A stretch of 64,000 nt of DNA from Psammoneis japonica (Eukaryota), in assembly GCA_008632985.1 (NCBI GenBank), contig QPGO01000083.1, positions 285,075 to 349,074 on the forward strand. The letters run 5' to 3'. Below are positions 22,893 to 34,699 of this stretch, in pieces; the first letter of the stretch is position 1, and every line of letters starts with the position of its first letter. The translations under genes were made by a program, and so were the position numbers. The notes beneath the pieces are model-generated. The model searched no databases and was not told where the DNA came from. It saw only the letters and a list, made by a program, of their open reading frames with translations.

Positions 22893-25800
22893 TGCCCGTG
22901 CATCTGTCGAGTCCTCCACCCTGCTCACGCACCTCACCACCGCACGTCTTGGTGATGGCACTTGGAAAGGTCCGACCCACTGGTTCATCCTTCATTGGCA
23001 AGATCAGCTGTGCAAGTGCGAGGCACTCATCCCGGCCAGTGACCACTTCTCTGAAGGACAGAAGCACGTCATGCTCGAGAATGCCGCACACCCTGTCGAG
23101 GAACTCCGTGCTGTCAAGAACCAAGCTGATCAGCATCGTGCGCAGAGTGGCAAGAGCCTCACATGCGATCAATGCTGTGGCTTGCTCCTCTCCGCGGCAG
23201 CTCAATGCGACAGCACGTTTCAACCCAAGACGACACCTCGAGCTCCCCGACGTGCCACATGCGCACACGACGTCTGCTCCGAGGAACCGTCCGACGATGT
23301 GTTCTACAACATTGACAGTGACATTGACGTCCTTCAGGCCAATGCTGCCTGCACCCGTGGTCCCAGCCTCACCGGTGACCAATGGAAACGTCTCCCTCCC
23401 GACTGCCAATGGATTTGGGATTCGTTGCCCCATTCCTCCAAGGCAATCATCCTTGAGCATTCTCGTCCGCCTCACCGTAACCCGTGAGACAGCAACTGCC
23501 ATGAGTCCATTGCGGCCAACCTTCACGACCAACGCCTTGGGAGTGACGGTGATGTCAACTTGTCCAACACGACTCCTGCTGACTCTGGTGACCCCGCTCC
23601 GAATGTGGGTGCCACTTCGGACAATCCCATCCTGGCGCACCTCACCAAGCGCAAGCCACTGCCACCCGGTGATCTGCGACGTCTGTTGTCTCCTAACCAA
23701 GCCCCCAACGCTGGACGACCGGGGCCATCCGCCGCTCCCTCTACTCCGCCAGCTCCTGCCGATGACATGGAACTCAACGGCCGCACTTGCCGCCGCGTTG
23801 ACAACCACAATGTCATTTGCTCTGCCTCTGCTCATCGCTCCACACGCACTGGTGCTCTAGTCGATCGTGGGGCCAATGGCGGCATTGCTGGCGACAACGT
23901 TCGCGTCATTGCATGCGCCTCTCGCCAAGTCAACGTTCAGGGCATTGACGACCATCAATTGGTGGACATCCCTGTTGTCACCGCTGGTGCCGTCATTGAG
24001 ACCCAGCGTGGTCCCGTCATCGCCATCCTCCATCAGTGCGCACACACGGGCAAGGGCAAGACCATCCATTCCTGCGGCCAGCTCGAATGGTGCAAACAGG
24101 ATGTCAATGATCGCTCTGTCAAGGTGCCCAACGGCTTGCAACGCATTGCCACTCCTGATGGCTGTGTCATCCCCATTGACATCAAGGGCGGCCTGCCTCA
24201 TGTTGCCATGCGACCTTACACTGATGCCGAATGGGACACCCTGCCCCATGTCATCCTCACCGGTGATGACACATGGGATCCTTCCATCCTCGATCACTCT
24301 GTCACTGACGACGACCAGTGGTGCGACGCGATCTCTGACCCACAGGACGATCCCACTGCCAACCTGTTTGACGAATGCGGCAACTGCCGTCATCGTGTCA
24401 TTGTCAACGAGACCATCATGTCCGCTTCCTTGTCTGCCGATCACGCGTCCGCCCTCGATGATCACCTCATTCCGAACGACGACATGTTCTGCGAGTGTCA
24501 TCTGCACGCGATTGACCCCAAGGACGACAACGTTCCACCCCCGGAGCGCACTGTGCAGCCCAAGGACCCCCCCTTCGAGTCTCTTTGGCCTCACTTTGGC
24601 TTCCCACCTGCCGATGCGGTCCGTCGTACTTTTGACTGCACCACGCAGTGTGCCCGCATGCCCGCCGGCACACACCTTAGGAAGGCCTGCAAATCACCCA
24701 ACCCCGCCCTTGATGTGCACTGCCGCAACGAGCCTGTCGCCACTGACACCATTCATGCCGACACCCCGGCCGTCGACTCTGGTTGCACCAGCGCCCAACT
24801 GTTTGTTGGCACCGAGTCTACCGTCACTGACGTCTGCGGCACCAAGACGGACAAAGAGTTTGTCAACACACTCGAGGATCAGATCCGTGAGCGTGGTGCC
24901 CCATCCAAACTCATTGGCGACCGTGCTCAAGTTGAGATCAGCAACAAAGTGCTCGGGATCCTACGAGCCCTCTTCATCTCCAGCTGGCAAAGTGAGCCTC
25001 ACCAGCAACACCAAAACTTTGCCGAGCGTCGACACCAGACCGTGAAGCGCATGGCGAACACTGTCATGGATCGTTTTGGTTCGCCCGCCCACACATGGCT
25101 GCTGGCGCTCATGTGTGTGTGCTTCACACTCAACCACACAGCATCCCCACGTCTCCACTGGCGCACGCCCCTCGAGACTCTCACTGGCTCCACCCCGGAC
25201 ATCAGCCCATTGCTTCGCTTTCACTGGTGGGAACCCGTGCACTTCCACCTCGATGACTCCGATTGGCCACCCGAATCCCGTGAGTTGCGTGGACGCTTCG
25301 TTGGCATTGCTGAGCACATCGGCCACCAGATGACCTTCAAGATTCTCTCTGACGAGACTCAGAAGATCCTCTGCCGGTCCAACGTACGCTCCGCTGCCAC
25401 CGATCCTGCCGTTCGAAACCTGCGTCTTGATCCTCCTGATGGGGAGCCACCTGAACCCATCATCAAATCTCGCCATGACGACAACCCCGTCGATTCTCCT
25501 GATGGGGAGATCAGGACACCCAAGATGCCAGTTTTCGATCTGCAAGACATCATCGGACGCACCTTCCTCATGCAGCCACAAGAGGACGGACAACGCCACA
25601 GAGCTCGCATCGTCAAGGCCGTCGAAGACCACGAATGGAAAGTGAACGGCAATCCCGAGCTTGCAAGTTCGTCTGCTCTGTCAACAACGACAAATGCGAG
25701 GAAGTCCTTGCCTGCAACGACATCATGAATCACATTGAGCAAGAAGACGAAGACACTGCTGTTTGGAAATTCCGACTCATCGTGTCACACGAAGGACCTC

Positions 25801-28059
25801 TGAAGCCTCATGACCCAACCTGGAAAGGCTCAAGCTACAACATCATGCTTGAATGGGAAAGTGGGGAGATCACGTCCGAGCCTCTTGCCATCATTGCCAA
25901 GGACGACCCCGTCACCTGCGCCATCCATGCACGAGAGAACGGACTTCTCGACACGGATGGCTGGAAGCGGTTCCGCACCATCGCGAGGTGCCAAAAGAAG
26001 CTATTTCGCATGGCCAACCAAGCCAAGCTTTGCTCCTTCCGCACTGCACCTCGCTGCAAGTGCGGATGCGAAGTTCCCCGGAACTGCAAACACGCCATGT
26101 CACTGGACGAGCGCAACGGCAACCGCAAATGGGGAGACGCAACTAATCTCGAGATGGACCAACTCAAGGAATACGAAGTCTTCCATGACTGCGGGCCCTT
26201 CGAGTCTTCCACTCCTCCTGCGGGACACAAGAAGATCCGAGTGCACCTGGTGTGCGATGTGAAACACGACGGTCGCCACAAGGCACGACTCGTAGCCGAT
26301 GGGCACCTCACGGACGCACCTGTCGACAGTGTCTGCTCCGGAGCAGTCTCCCTCCGTGGCCTTCGGCTGATGATTTTCCTGGCCGAACTCAACGAGTTGG
26401 AGACATGGGCCACCGACATTGGCAATGCCCATCTTGAAGCCACCACCAAGGAGAAGCTCTACATTGTAGCCGGACCCGAATTTGGCAAACTCGAAGGACA
26501 CATCCTTGTCATCCACAAGGCCCTGCATGGACTGCGCAGCTCCGGTCTCCGCTGGCACGAGCGCTTCGCTGACTGCCTGCGAGCTGAAGGCTTCTTCCCC
26601 TGCCGCGCCGAACCCGACATTTGGATGCACAGGAACGGCGACCACTGTGAGTGCATTGCCGTTTATGTGGATGACCTTGCCATTGCTGTGAAGGACCCTC
26701 AATCTTTCGTCGATGCTCTCACGGAAAAGCACAAGTTCAAGCTCAAGGGTGCGGGACCCATTGAGTTCCATCTGGGTTGCGACTTTTCCCGGGATCCCGA
26801 CGGCACCTTGTGCCTGTCTCCGCGCAAGTACATCGAGCGCATGGTCAACAGCAGCACCCGACTGTTTGGGGAGAAACCTGCCACCAACGCCCTGTCACCT
26901 CTGGAGAAGGGTGACCACCCCGAACTGGACACTTCCGAACTGCTGGAGCCCGATGGCATTCACAAGTTCCAGTCCCTTGTTGGTTCACTCCAATGGGCAG
27001 TGTCTCTTGGTCGAATTGACATTGCCACGGCCGTCATGTCACTCTCTAGCTTCCGAGCTGCGCCCCGTCAAGGCCACTTGGATCATGCCAAACGCGTCTG
27101 TGGGTGCCTCTCCAGGATGCGACACGGCGCTCTCCGCGTTCGCACGGAAGAGCCCGACTGTTTGGATCTCCCTGCTCCGGCCTGTGAATGGATGCATTCC
27201 GTGTGCGGCGAAGCAGAAGAGATGATCCCGAAGGACGCTCCACCGCCCCTTGGCAAGTTCGTCACTGCCACCCACTACGTCGATGCAAACTTGCACCATT
27301 GCATGCTCACCGGACGCTCTGTCATGGGAATGCTCCACTTCCTCAACAAATTCCCGGCTGATTGGTTCTCTAAGAAGCAAGCCACCGTGGAGACTGCGAC
27401 CTGCGGGTCTGAATTTGTTGCCGCAAGGACTTGTGTCGAGCAGATCATCGACCTGCGCATCACCCTGCGCTGCCTTGGCGTCCCGATCCGTGATGTCAGT
27501 TACATGTTCGGTGACAACAAGTCAGTTGTAGACAGTGCCACCATCCCGCACTCCAAGTTACACAAGCGACACACCGCACTGTCGTTCCACCGTGTGCGTG
27601 AGGCAATCGCCTCTGGTTGCCTTGAGTTCCACTTCATCGAAGGCTCCCGCAACCCTGCTGACATTCTCAGCAAGCATTGGGGTTGCTCCCAAATCTGGGA
27701 CCTTCTCCGCCCCCTCATGTTCTGGAACTTCATTCCATCCGAAGTCGAATCTGTTTCTGTGACTCCTCAAGCAAACTGGGGAGTGACAGGATTTGAACAG
27801 GATTTAGGTGCGCGCGAAATGTCGCACGCTGTTTAGTTTGCCGCGCACAGTTTTGTGTGCTCCAGTTCCACGCGTTCGCGCGCGACGCAGTTTGCTTTCG
27901 AGCCACAAGGCTCACAAGAATGACAACAGCAGCCCGATTGCACCGACTCACACGTCTTTCGGCTCCTGCAACGGTCTCTGAGCGGAGACTCATCTGCCAT
28001 TTAGACAGCAGCAAGGAGTTGTTGTTTGAATTCTTGCCATTTGCCTTCAATTTCTGTCA
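22893..28059 (+). mobile_element. 5'-truncated Ty1/copia (CoDi-like) LTR retrotransposon, copy 1, inactivated
   Basis: gag remnant, protease (LVDRGANGG), integrase, RT (KARLVADGH, YVDDL) and RNase H (FGDNKSV, NPADILSK). CGA->TGA stop at 23485, 1-nt frameshift near 25660, PPT-like ggggag before the 3' LTR. Confidence 0.95.
27784..28059 (+). repeat. 3' LTR of copia copy 1 (276 bp, TG...CA)
   Basis: tgacagg...tttctgtca, reverse-complement homolog of the LTRs at 53691 and 60684. Confidence 0.95.
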
Positions 28060-31000
28060 ATGTCGTTCTCGTCGTGTTGTTGTCGCCTGGTTCATTCATG
28101 TTGCATCTGGCATTGCTTCGCGCACTGTGAGTTTGAATCATTCGATTGATGTCTGTGAGGTCGCACTGTCATGCGTGCGAATGTGTTTGGACAGAACATT
28201 GCGGGTGTGGCCTGTGACGTCATGATAAAAGCCTGTGTGACGTGGGCATGATCACACCTGTGACAGTGTTTGGACAGAGTCTAACCCCACTCCGCGCACT
28301 GTGTGCATGGCATGCTGTGCACAACATTTCAGAGGTGTTGCAAAACTTCCCCGAGACATTGCATTTCTGTGGACATGCCGAACCTTTCAGTGCACTCGAC
28401 AGTCGCAACAGGCTGCAAAGGACAGCTTCCGCCACAGGTCTTACATGGTTGTTTAATGCCACAGAAGTTGGTCAATTTTGGTGGGATTTTTTACGTAGAA
28501 TTCTACGTTGTGCACAGTGTGCCATGCACAAGGTCCGAGTCGCTCAAGTTCCATGCACCTGACTCAGCATGACATGCACAGCATTTGTTGACGTTGACTC
28601 AATGCTTGTTGCCATGTTTGATGGACAGCCTTTAATCTGGCAGCTTTCTTGTTCCAGTGACCTTGGAAGTGTGGTCACTTTTTGGCGAGGCCAGTGCGCA
28701 GCTTGTCTGCGAGAAGTTACACAAGCATTTTTCTACGTGGTTTCTACAAGAATCGTTGAATCTCATTGCACGTGTGCCACACCAACCGCTTAAAGTGGGT
28801 CAACAAGAACGTCAAAGGCGTCTGACATGTTTGACACAACAAGGTCTTTCCAGATTCTTCAAAGTGGTTGATCAATGGCATGACCAAAAGGCGCCAAAAA
28901 ATTGAGTTGTGCACAGCATGCTGTGCACATGCGCGATTTTGGCGAAAATGCGCAAAAATGTCTGTGCACAGCATGCCATGCACAATGCAAGCGGGGACAA
29001 GCAGGGGTGTCCCTGGTCCGCGCATCATTGCGCTTTTGTGCAACAGTGTGCAATTTTTGGGTCACAGTCATTTTGAGGTCATTCTCCATGCCATTGCAGC
29101 AAAGTGCAATGAGGATTGCATGTGCATGTGTGTCATCGGATGCCACATAAAAATGGCATTGGCATGTCAAATGCCTCATTCAGCATGAACATCAATGTTC
29201 AAACAATGGCGCTCAAAATGTCAACCCTGTGGAGTTCCACGTCAATTCCAGTGCAAACCGCGATGTGCTTTTCCGCAACGTGGCGATTTTCACAACCAAA
29301 AATGCATCCTCTTGCTGGTTGTCTTTACGAAAGCCACCTCAGGTTGTTTGACACTGTCAAACCACCAGACACAATCATTGAAGCCTGCTTTGGCCAGTTG
29401 GGTCAGGTCAGGTGTCAAATGACCGGCTTTGTCAATTGTTGGCAACAGCACAAAACCATGTTGTACTTTCGCGCAACGTGAATGCGCGGACCAGGGACAT
29501 GAGTTAGCCGGGGTTGGACTCTGCTGTAGCTCGTTGGTCGCGCACATTTTGAGAGTAATGAGTGATCAATTTACGGCATGCAGGAATGACCCACTCAGTG
29601 CATGTGGGGGGTGGGGGGCTGGCAAACTGAGCGGCAGCGAAGCAAGTCGTGAATTCGGCAACAAGGCCGCGTGAGTCTCCATTCCATTTGGGAGGTTCTA
29701 CAATCTTCCCGGTGAGAGCAGGAAGACCAGTGGATGCCAACTGTGAGAGGATTGCACAGCCATCACATCCATGGACGCAGCAAGTGTCTTCTTCCATCCC
29801 TCGCACAAACGGCGGTCCAGCAGCACGTCATCCTGAACAAGTTTCGAGCACATTTTCATGGAGAGTGCTCCTGCCAATGAGATGAGCCGATCATCACACT
29901 GTCACAGAAATCGTGCTGAGTGGGTCAGGGTGTGTCGGGTTTGTGCATGGGAGTGCCAGCTTGGGCAAAGCGAGTGTGCACAGCCTTCAGAAAAATGGCA
30001 ACATCAAAAGGTTCAAGGGAGTGGAGGTGCAGTCTGGGAGTCTTGCAGAAAGTTTTGGCATTGTGGTGCTTCTCTGATGCAGACGTGAACTTTCCTGCAA
30101 CAGAGAAGCCAGACAACATGTCTGGGAACGATGAGTGGGAGGAGAGCAGCCAGCAAGGCAATGCAATGGTTTCCAGGATCACAGTGATCTTCATGGCCAT
30201 CAGGGAATCCACAGGTGGGGATGAAATGTGGGGAAGGGCTGAAGAGTCTGGGGATGGAAGGGGGACCACGTTTGGCATCTCTGCACAAATGGCAGCAAAT
30301 TCCTTGTGTGTTCCTTTGACGGCATGACAAGCAGCATCTGAAACCTTCTCAGACACCAAAGCATGGGTGCTGGCATCATCAACTGATGCCCGGGGTGCAT
30401 TGAGCTGGGCCTTTGTAAGGAGTTGAGCAGAATTGTTGAGAACTGGCCAGCAGCATTGCGATGCAGGGTGCAACTTTTTCCCTGAATTTTGCTCTGGGAC
30501 AATTTTGTTTGTCAAAAAAAGCTCATCATTTTGGCAAGACCATTGGCACACATGTTGCTTGGCTTGAAGCTCGTCCATGGTTGACCATTTCTGCAGCGAA
30601 TCAAATTTGTCACAAAGCACTGTCTGGCACTGTAAAGCAATGAGTCAATCTGTGCAATTTCATCCGGACGACTCATTGGTGCTTCCGTTTCTTGCTTGAG
30701 CACTGCTGTGGAGAGCCAGGCATGGCAGCAGCACAGTCAGGCACTGCACAATTGACCAGAGAAGGATCAGCAAGCAACAATTCTAGAATCGTGTTGACAT
30801 CCGATGTCTCACCCAGAGCCGCAAATGCAAATGGTGGGTGCAAGCCCTCATGCTTCAATGCCAAGGACTCTGGAAATGCTTTGACAAGATGTTTGATCCC
30901 TCCATCCCAAACCTTCCCACACGCAATGGCACAATGGATGGGAAGCTTGCCGCAATTGTTGCAGAGGCTTTTCTCAACTGTCATCTGTCAATGAGAGGTG

Positions 31001-32290
31001 AGTTGTGCAGGCTTTGCCAATGTCCCAGCTGCAGCAGGATCTGTGCAAAAGCAGCTGCAGCTGAGCATCCAGACCCAGAGTTTTCACTCAAGCAAGGAGC
31101 AGCAGCAAGTGCACTGGTGCACTTTGTTGTGTGCCAGCTCTCTTTGGGAGTGCCTTGAAAAAAAAACAGGGCCCAACATCAACAATCAAATTGACTGCTT
31201 TTAACCTGTGATTGCTTTGAACAATCTTGCCAGCTCAGGACAACTGCCTGTTGATGAAAAATTTCTGCCACCCCCTTGTTTCTCAATGCCGCCCTCTTCT
31301 CCAACACATGAAGCAGGCTGGCGGGTGTCTCCATCATCAGCCCAGATGGGGTTTGTGCAGCAAGTGAAGCAGCTTGTGTGGAACAAAGTGATTTGCAACA
31401 TCCCTCTTAGATGGCTTGCTTTTGAGTGCAATGAGATGTGAGCTGATGCTGGCTGTGACAGGAGGTGGGTGTGTCAGATGTCTGAGATGTTGTGAAAGAA
31501 ACATGCACGTCATGTGCATGCACACGCAGACTTGTTCCAGACTTGGGTGGCACGCACATGCCCCTTTTTGCACAAAAAAATAAAAGTTTTTGTGCTTTGT
31601 CAAACATCGCACACATTTCATTAAATTGACCACATGAGTGCTTGCAAGCAAAACAAACAGAATGAACTCGAACCAACAAACAGCCAAACTGGCCATGGCT
31701 TTCAGTGACCATGATGGCCCACTTTTTTCAGCCTTGTGGAAAATTGAATGTCATGACGAGGACCTCTGCATTTGACACAGTCTGTGGCATCAACAAAAAC
31801 AGTGAAAACGCTTGTTGCAGGCTGCAGCTTGGCACAATGATGCCAAATCTGTCAGCAACAACAATTGAGCCTCAATTCACTCAGCTGGTTCTTGCCAAAG
31901 TGGCTGTGTGCAGCTTGGCTGGGGCTCTGGCACACAGGATCTCTCCAGCTGCTGCTTGGAAAAAATCTTGTCTTGTTTGCCCCTCAACACCCAGCTCTGC
32001 AGAAAAGGTCTCGGTCTTGGCCTTCGTCTTGTGCCAGGCAAGAAGAGCAAAGTGCTCTGGCGTGTTGGCTCTCTCTGCTCCCTCCTCTTGTTGGACTCTG
32101 CCCCTGAACTTCAACCTAGCTCACCACACACCACGACGTGATGGGAGGCGTTGGGCAAATGATGCTGACGCTCATGTGACGACCGCTGCCTTAACAATGA
32201 CGTTGAACTGAGCTCGTCACCCCTCAGACACGTTGCGCATCATTGGAGGATCTTCGGACAAAATCCTTCGGCAAGTCATCGGAGGATCTT
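28060..32290. other. TpA-depleted hypermutated block of nested repeats and gene remnants
   Basis: Very few TA and reduced CG. A short, less-mutated island lies at ~29460-29660. Confidence 0.85.
30570..30975 (-). pseudogene. Hypermutated inverted copy of the 3' end and 3' flank of the ankyrin-like gene (2245-2630)
   Basis: LCNNCGKLPIHCAIACGKVWDGG..GLHP..TILELLLADPSLV vs LYNNRGELPIHCAIACGKVWDGG..GLYP..TILELLLADPSLV. The 3' UTR also aligns. Confidence 0.9.
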
Positions 32291-33290
32291 CTTTCAAAAA
32301 CAATGATCTGGTCGTGTAAAGCACGAATAAATGTCGGAGTTGCATGCATCGGAACTCCGAACGGTAGAAATGGCCACTCCGAATGCCGGAATCATAAGCC
32401 CAAAATAACGTTTCGTGCCAAAAAATCCGATTTCTACAGTATACCGATGTAGGAAATCATTGTACACATAATATGTATAGAGGATACTCCGAGTACGCCG
32501 GTCAGGCGAAATTTTGAAATGCTGATGTATGCTATATTCATGTGTTTTTTTGAAGTATCCAGTGCTGGCGCCAAAACATAGGCCGGCGTCATTTCCGTTG
32601 TCGTAATATTTTTACATACATAATTTTCTACACATTTCATCTACTACAACGGCATTTTCCTGGCCACTCCGCGTCTGGTACAAACGTCGTAGAGGCACCG
32701 ACGTTAGAAATTGTTTTGGCCACGCAACATCGATTTTAATACAGTAATGAAGCTAGTATATAATAATATTATGTGTTAGTTGTAACAGTCAAATTATTTT
32801 CGAAGTTGTACAGTCAGCCGCCACCGTTTCCCTCACACTTTTTCTTGCCGGAACTTGTCTGTTTAGCCATCGAATAAACGAGTAAGTTGTTGAACATGTG
32901 ATGGATATGATGACTGCAAAGGAGTGTTAGATGTTTTGAGGTGCTTCTGAGTGAGCGCTGGTTGCGAAAGCGTTGAGTTGATCGAGAACGAGCCTCATTC
33001 ATGTTGCTCGCGCGTGATGTGCTGGAGTTGATCGATGTAGTCATGATGAACAATGCCATCGAGGCGACTACTTGCCCTATGACCCTCTACTGCTGTTTGC
33101 GTCATCTTTAGGAGTGTTTGGTGTTGGTAGCATGTTGTGTTTGCCGTATTTTGATTTCTGTGAAACTGATCGTTGCTCACCAAACCCGTGAATTTTGACC
33201 GTTAATTTGTTACAGGTTCTCATTCGAACGATACTCTACCTACTCTCAGCCACAACTCTCATACTTCATAATCATCATACAGCCTTAACA

Positions 33291-34699
33291 ATGAAGCCAA
33301 GAACAGTTTCGATATTTATGATGCTCATGGCATATGCCAGAGGGCTAACTCTCGAAACACTCGGGGGGCAGACTCCCGGTGAGACAACTCTCGGGGAGCT
33401 AACTCTCGGACCTGTGCGGAGCCTTGACCTTCTCAAACCCGGTTCTCAAGTGGAAGAACAAACCATCTTGGAGGGAAGCGTAACAGACCTTGACGGAACG
33501 GAGTATAGCTTGGCGAGACTAGTTCCTCATACCGACATTTATTCTCCCGATGACTATGAATTGATCAACCCAGACACGGTAAGGGATAAGATATCTTTAG
33601 AGGAGATGCCAGTCGCTGTCTACATTGGGGAATACAACGATACAACACTCCTTGCCACAGTCGACGATGATAGGAAAATCAGCGAAATAGACATTTTGTC
33701 GCCAGGACGATCAACCTCTCTCGTGAGACAAAAGGATGGCTCGTTTGTGACGTTTTCGCCGGATGATATCGATCTAAACGCTCTGCGTGACCTCGGTATT
33801 CATTTTGGCGAAGGTGTACCTCCTCCCGCAGAAGACGACTCAGGAGGTCCCACACGAAGTCTGCGAGGAGCTGCTGAAGAATTCTTTCCCATGGAAGAGC
33901 GCAAGCTTCAATGCGTTCACAATCCTAACAGGGGCGGCAATTGTAAGTGCCTCAAGACGATCAAGGTGGGCTTCGTTTATGATGGTTTGTTCTGCGAAAG
34001 GTGGGGTAAAAACAAGTGGAAAGCGCAAGCCAAGATTACCAGTATTGTTGCCAAGGCATCCGCAATCTTTTTCGAGAATACCATGTGTGTCAAACTGCAA
34101 GTTACTCGCATGCATCTCGAGGGCGGAAAGTGCTCAGCCACCAACCGCCCATTCAAGGGCCAGACTGCCACTGTGTGCGGTGGAGGCGGAGCCTTTTTGA
34201 ACAAGTTTTCAAGTTATATGAGAGAAAACACTGGTAAAGGTACGAGGAGCAAACAATATGGGTTTGATCCCTACACTGTAGTCCATGCGTTTTCGGGAGA
34301 AAAGCCAGGCGGTGGTGCCATCGGCTGCGCCTGGAAGGGGACCGTCTGCAGACCAAACGGTGGTATCGGCGTCGACTTCCCGAACTTTTCCAACGATTCA
34401 TTACTCCAAGCTAACCTGTACGCACATGAATTAGGTAAGATGCTTTTCGAATATTGGATTTGCGACTCTTGTTTCATCATTTTTCGCTCACACTCGAATT
34501 AGCCCATAATTTAAGCGCAGGACACATAAGCCAAGTGGGTTTTCTCATGTCACGAGTTGTACAATCAACTGAGAAAATGAATGGCTCAACAAGATCGGCC
34601 ATAATAACCAAACTCAATCAGGTGCGCTGTACCTATAACCAAGAAGCCAATACGGGATTCCAAACGTTGGGTCCGACTCTGGGCCCTAGATATCCATAA
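33291..34699 (+). CDS. Secreted metzincin (reprolysin/M12B-like) zinc metalloprotease, 2 exons
   Basis: Signal peptide at ATG 33291. Removing the GT-AG intron 34435-34502 reconstitutes HELAHNLSAGH followed by Met-turn GFLMS. GCAWKGTVC motif present. Confidence 0.8.

Noticed and set aside
22684..25632. Long antisense and alternative-frame ORFs inside the copia elements (e.g. 22684..23835, 23867..25045, 58080..59210)
   Set aside because: Shadows of a GC-rich, TA-depleted gag-pol frame with no independent motifs.
22893..27836. Deamination of the known eukaryotic ApT-context 6mA
   Set aside because: The depleted dinucleotide is TpA, and ApT remains plentiful (atg, cat, gat). A TpA-context modification is not excluded.
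27760..27836. pol ORF reading into the 3' LTR because a TAA/TAG stop was erased
   Set aside because: Plausible, but both copies share the same sequence and no unmutated copy is available to show an ancestral stop.
22893..28059. Classical fungal RIP or simple 5mC deamination
   Set aside because: RIP creates TpA and stop codons, whereas conserved Tyr motifs show TA being lost. CpGs are largely retained in these elements.
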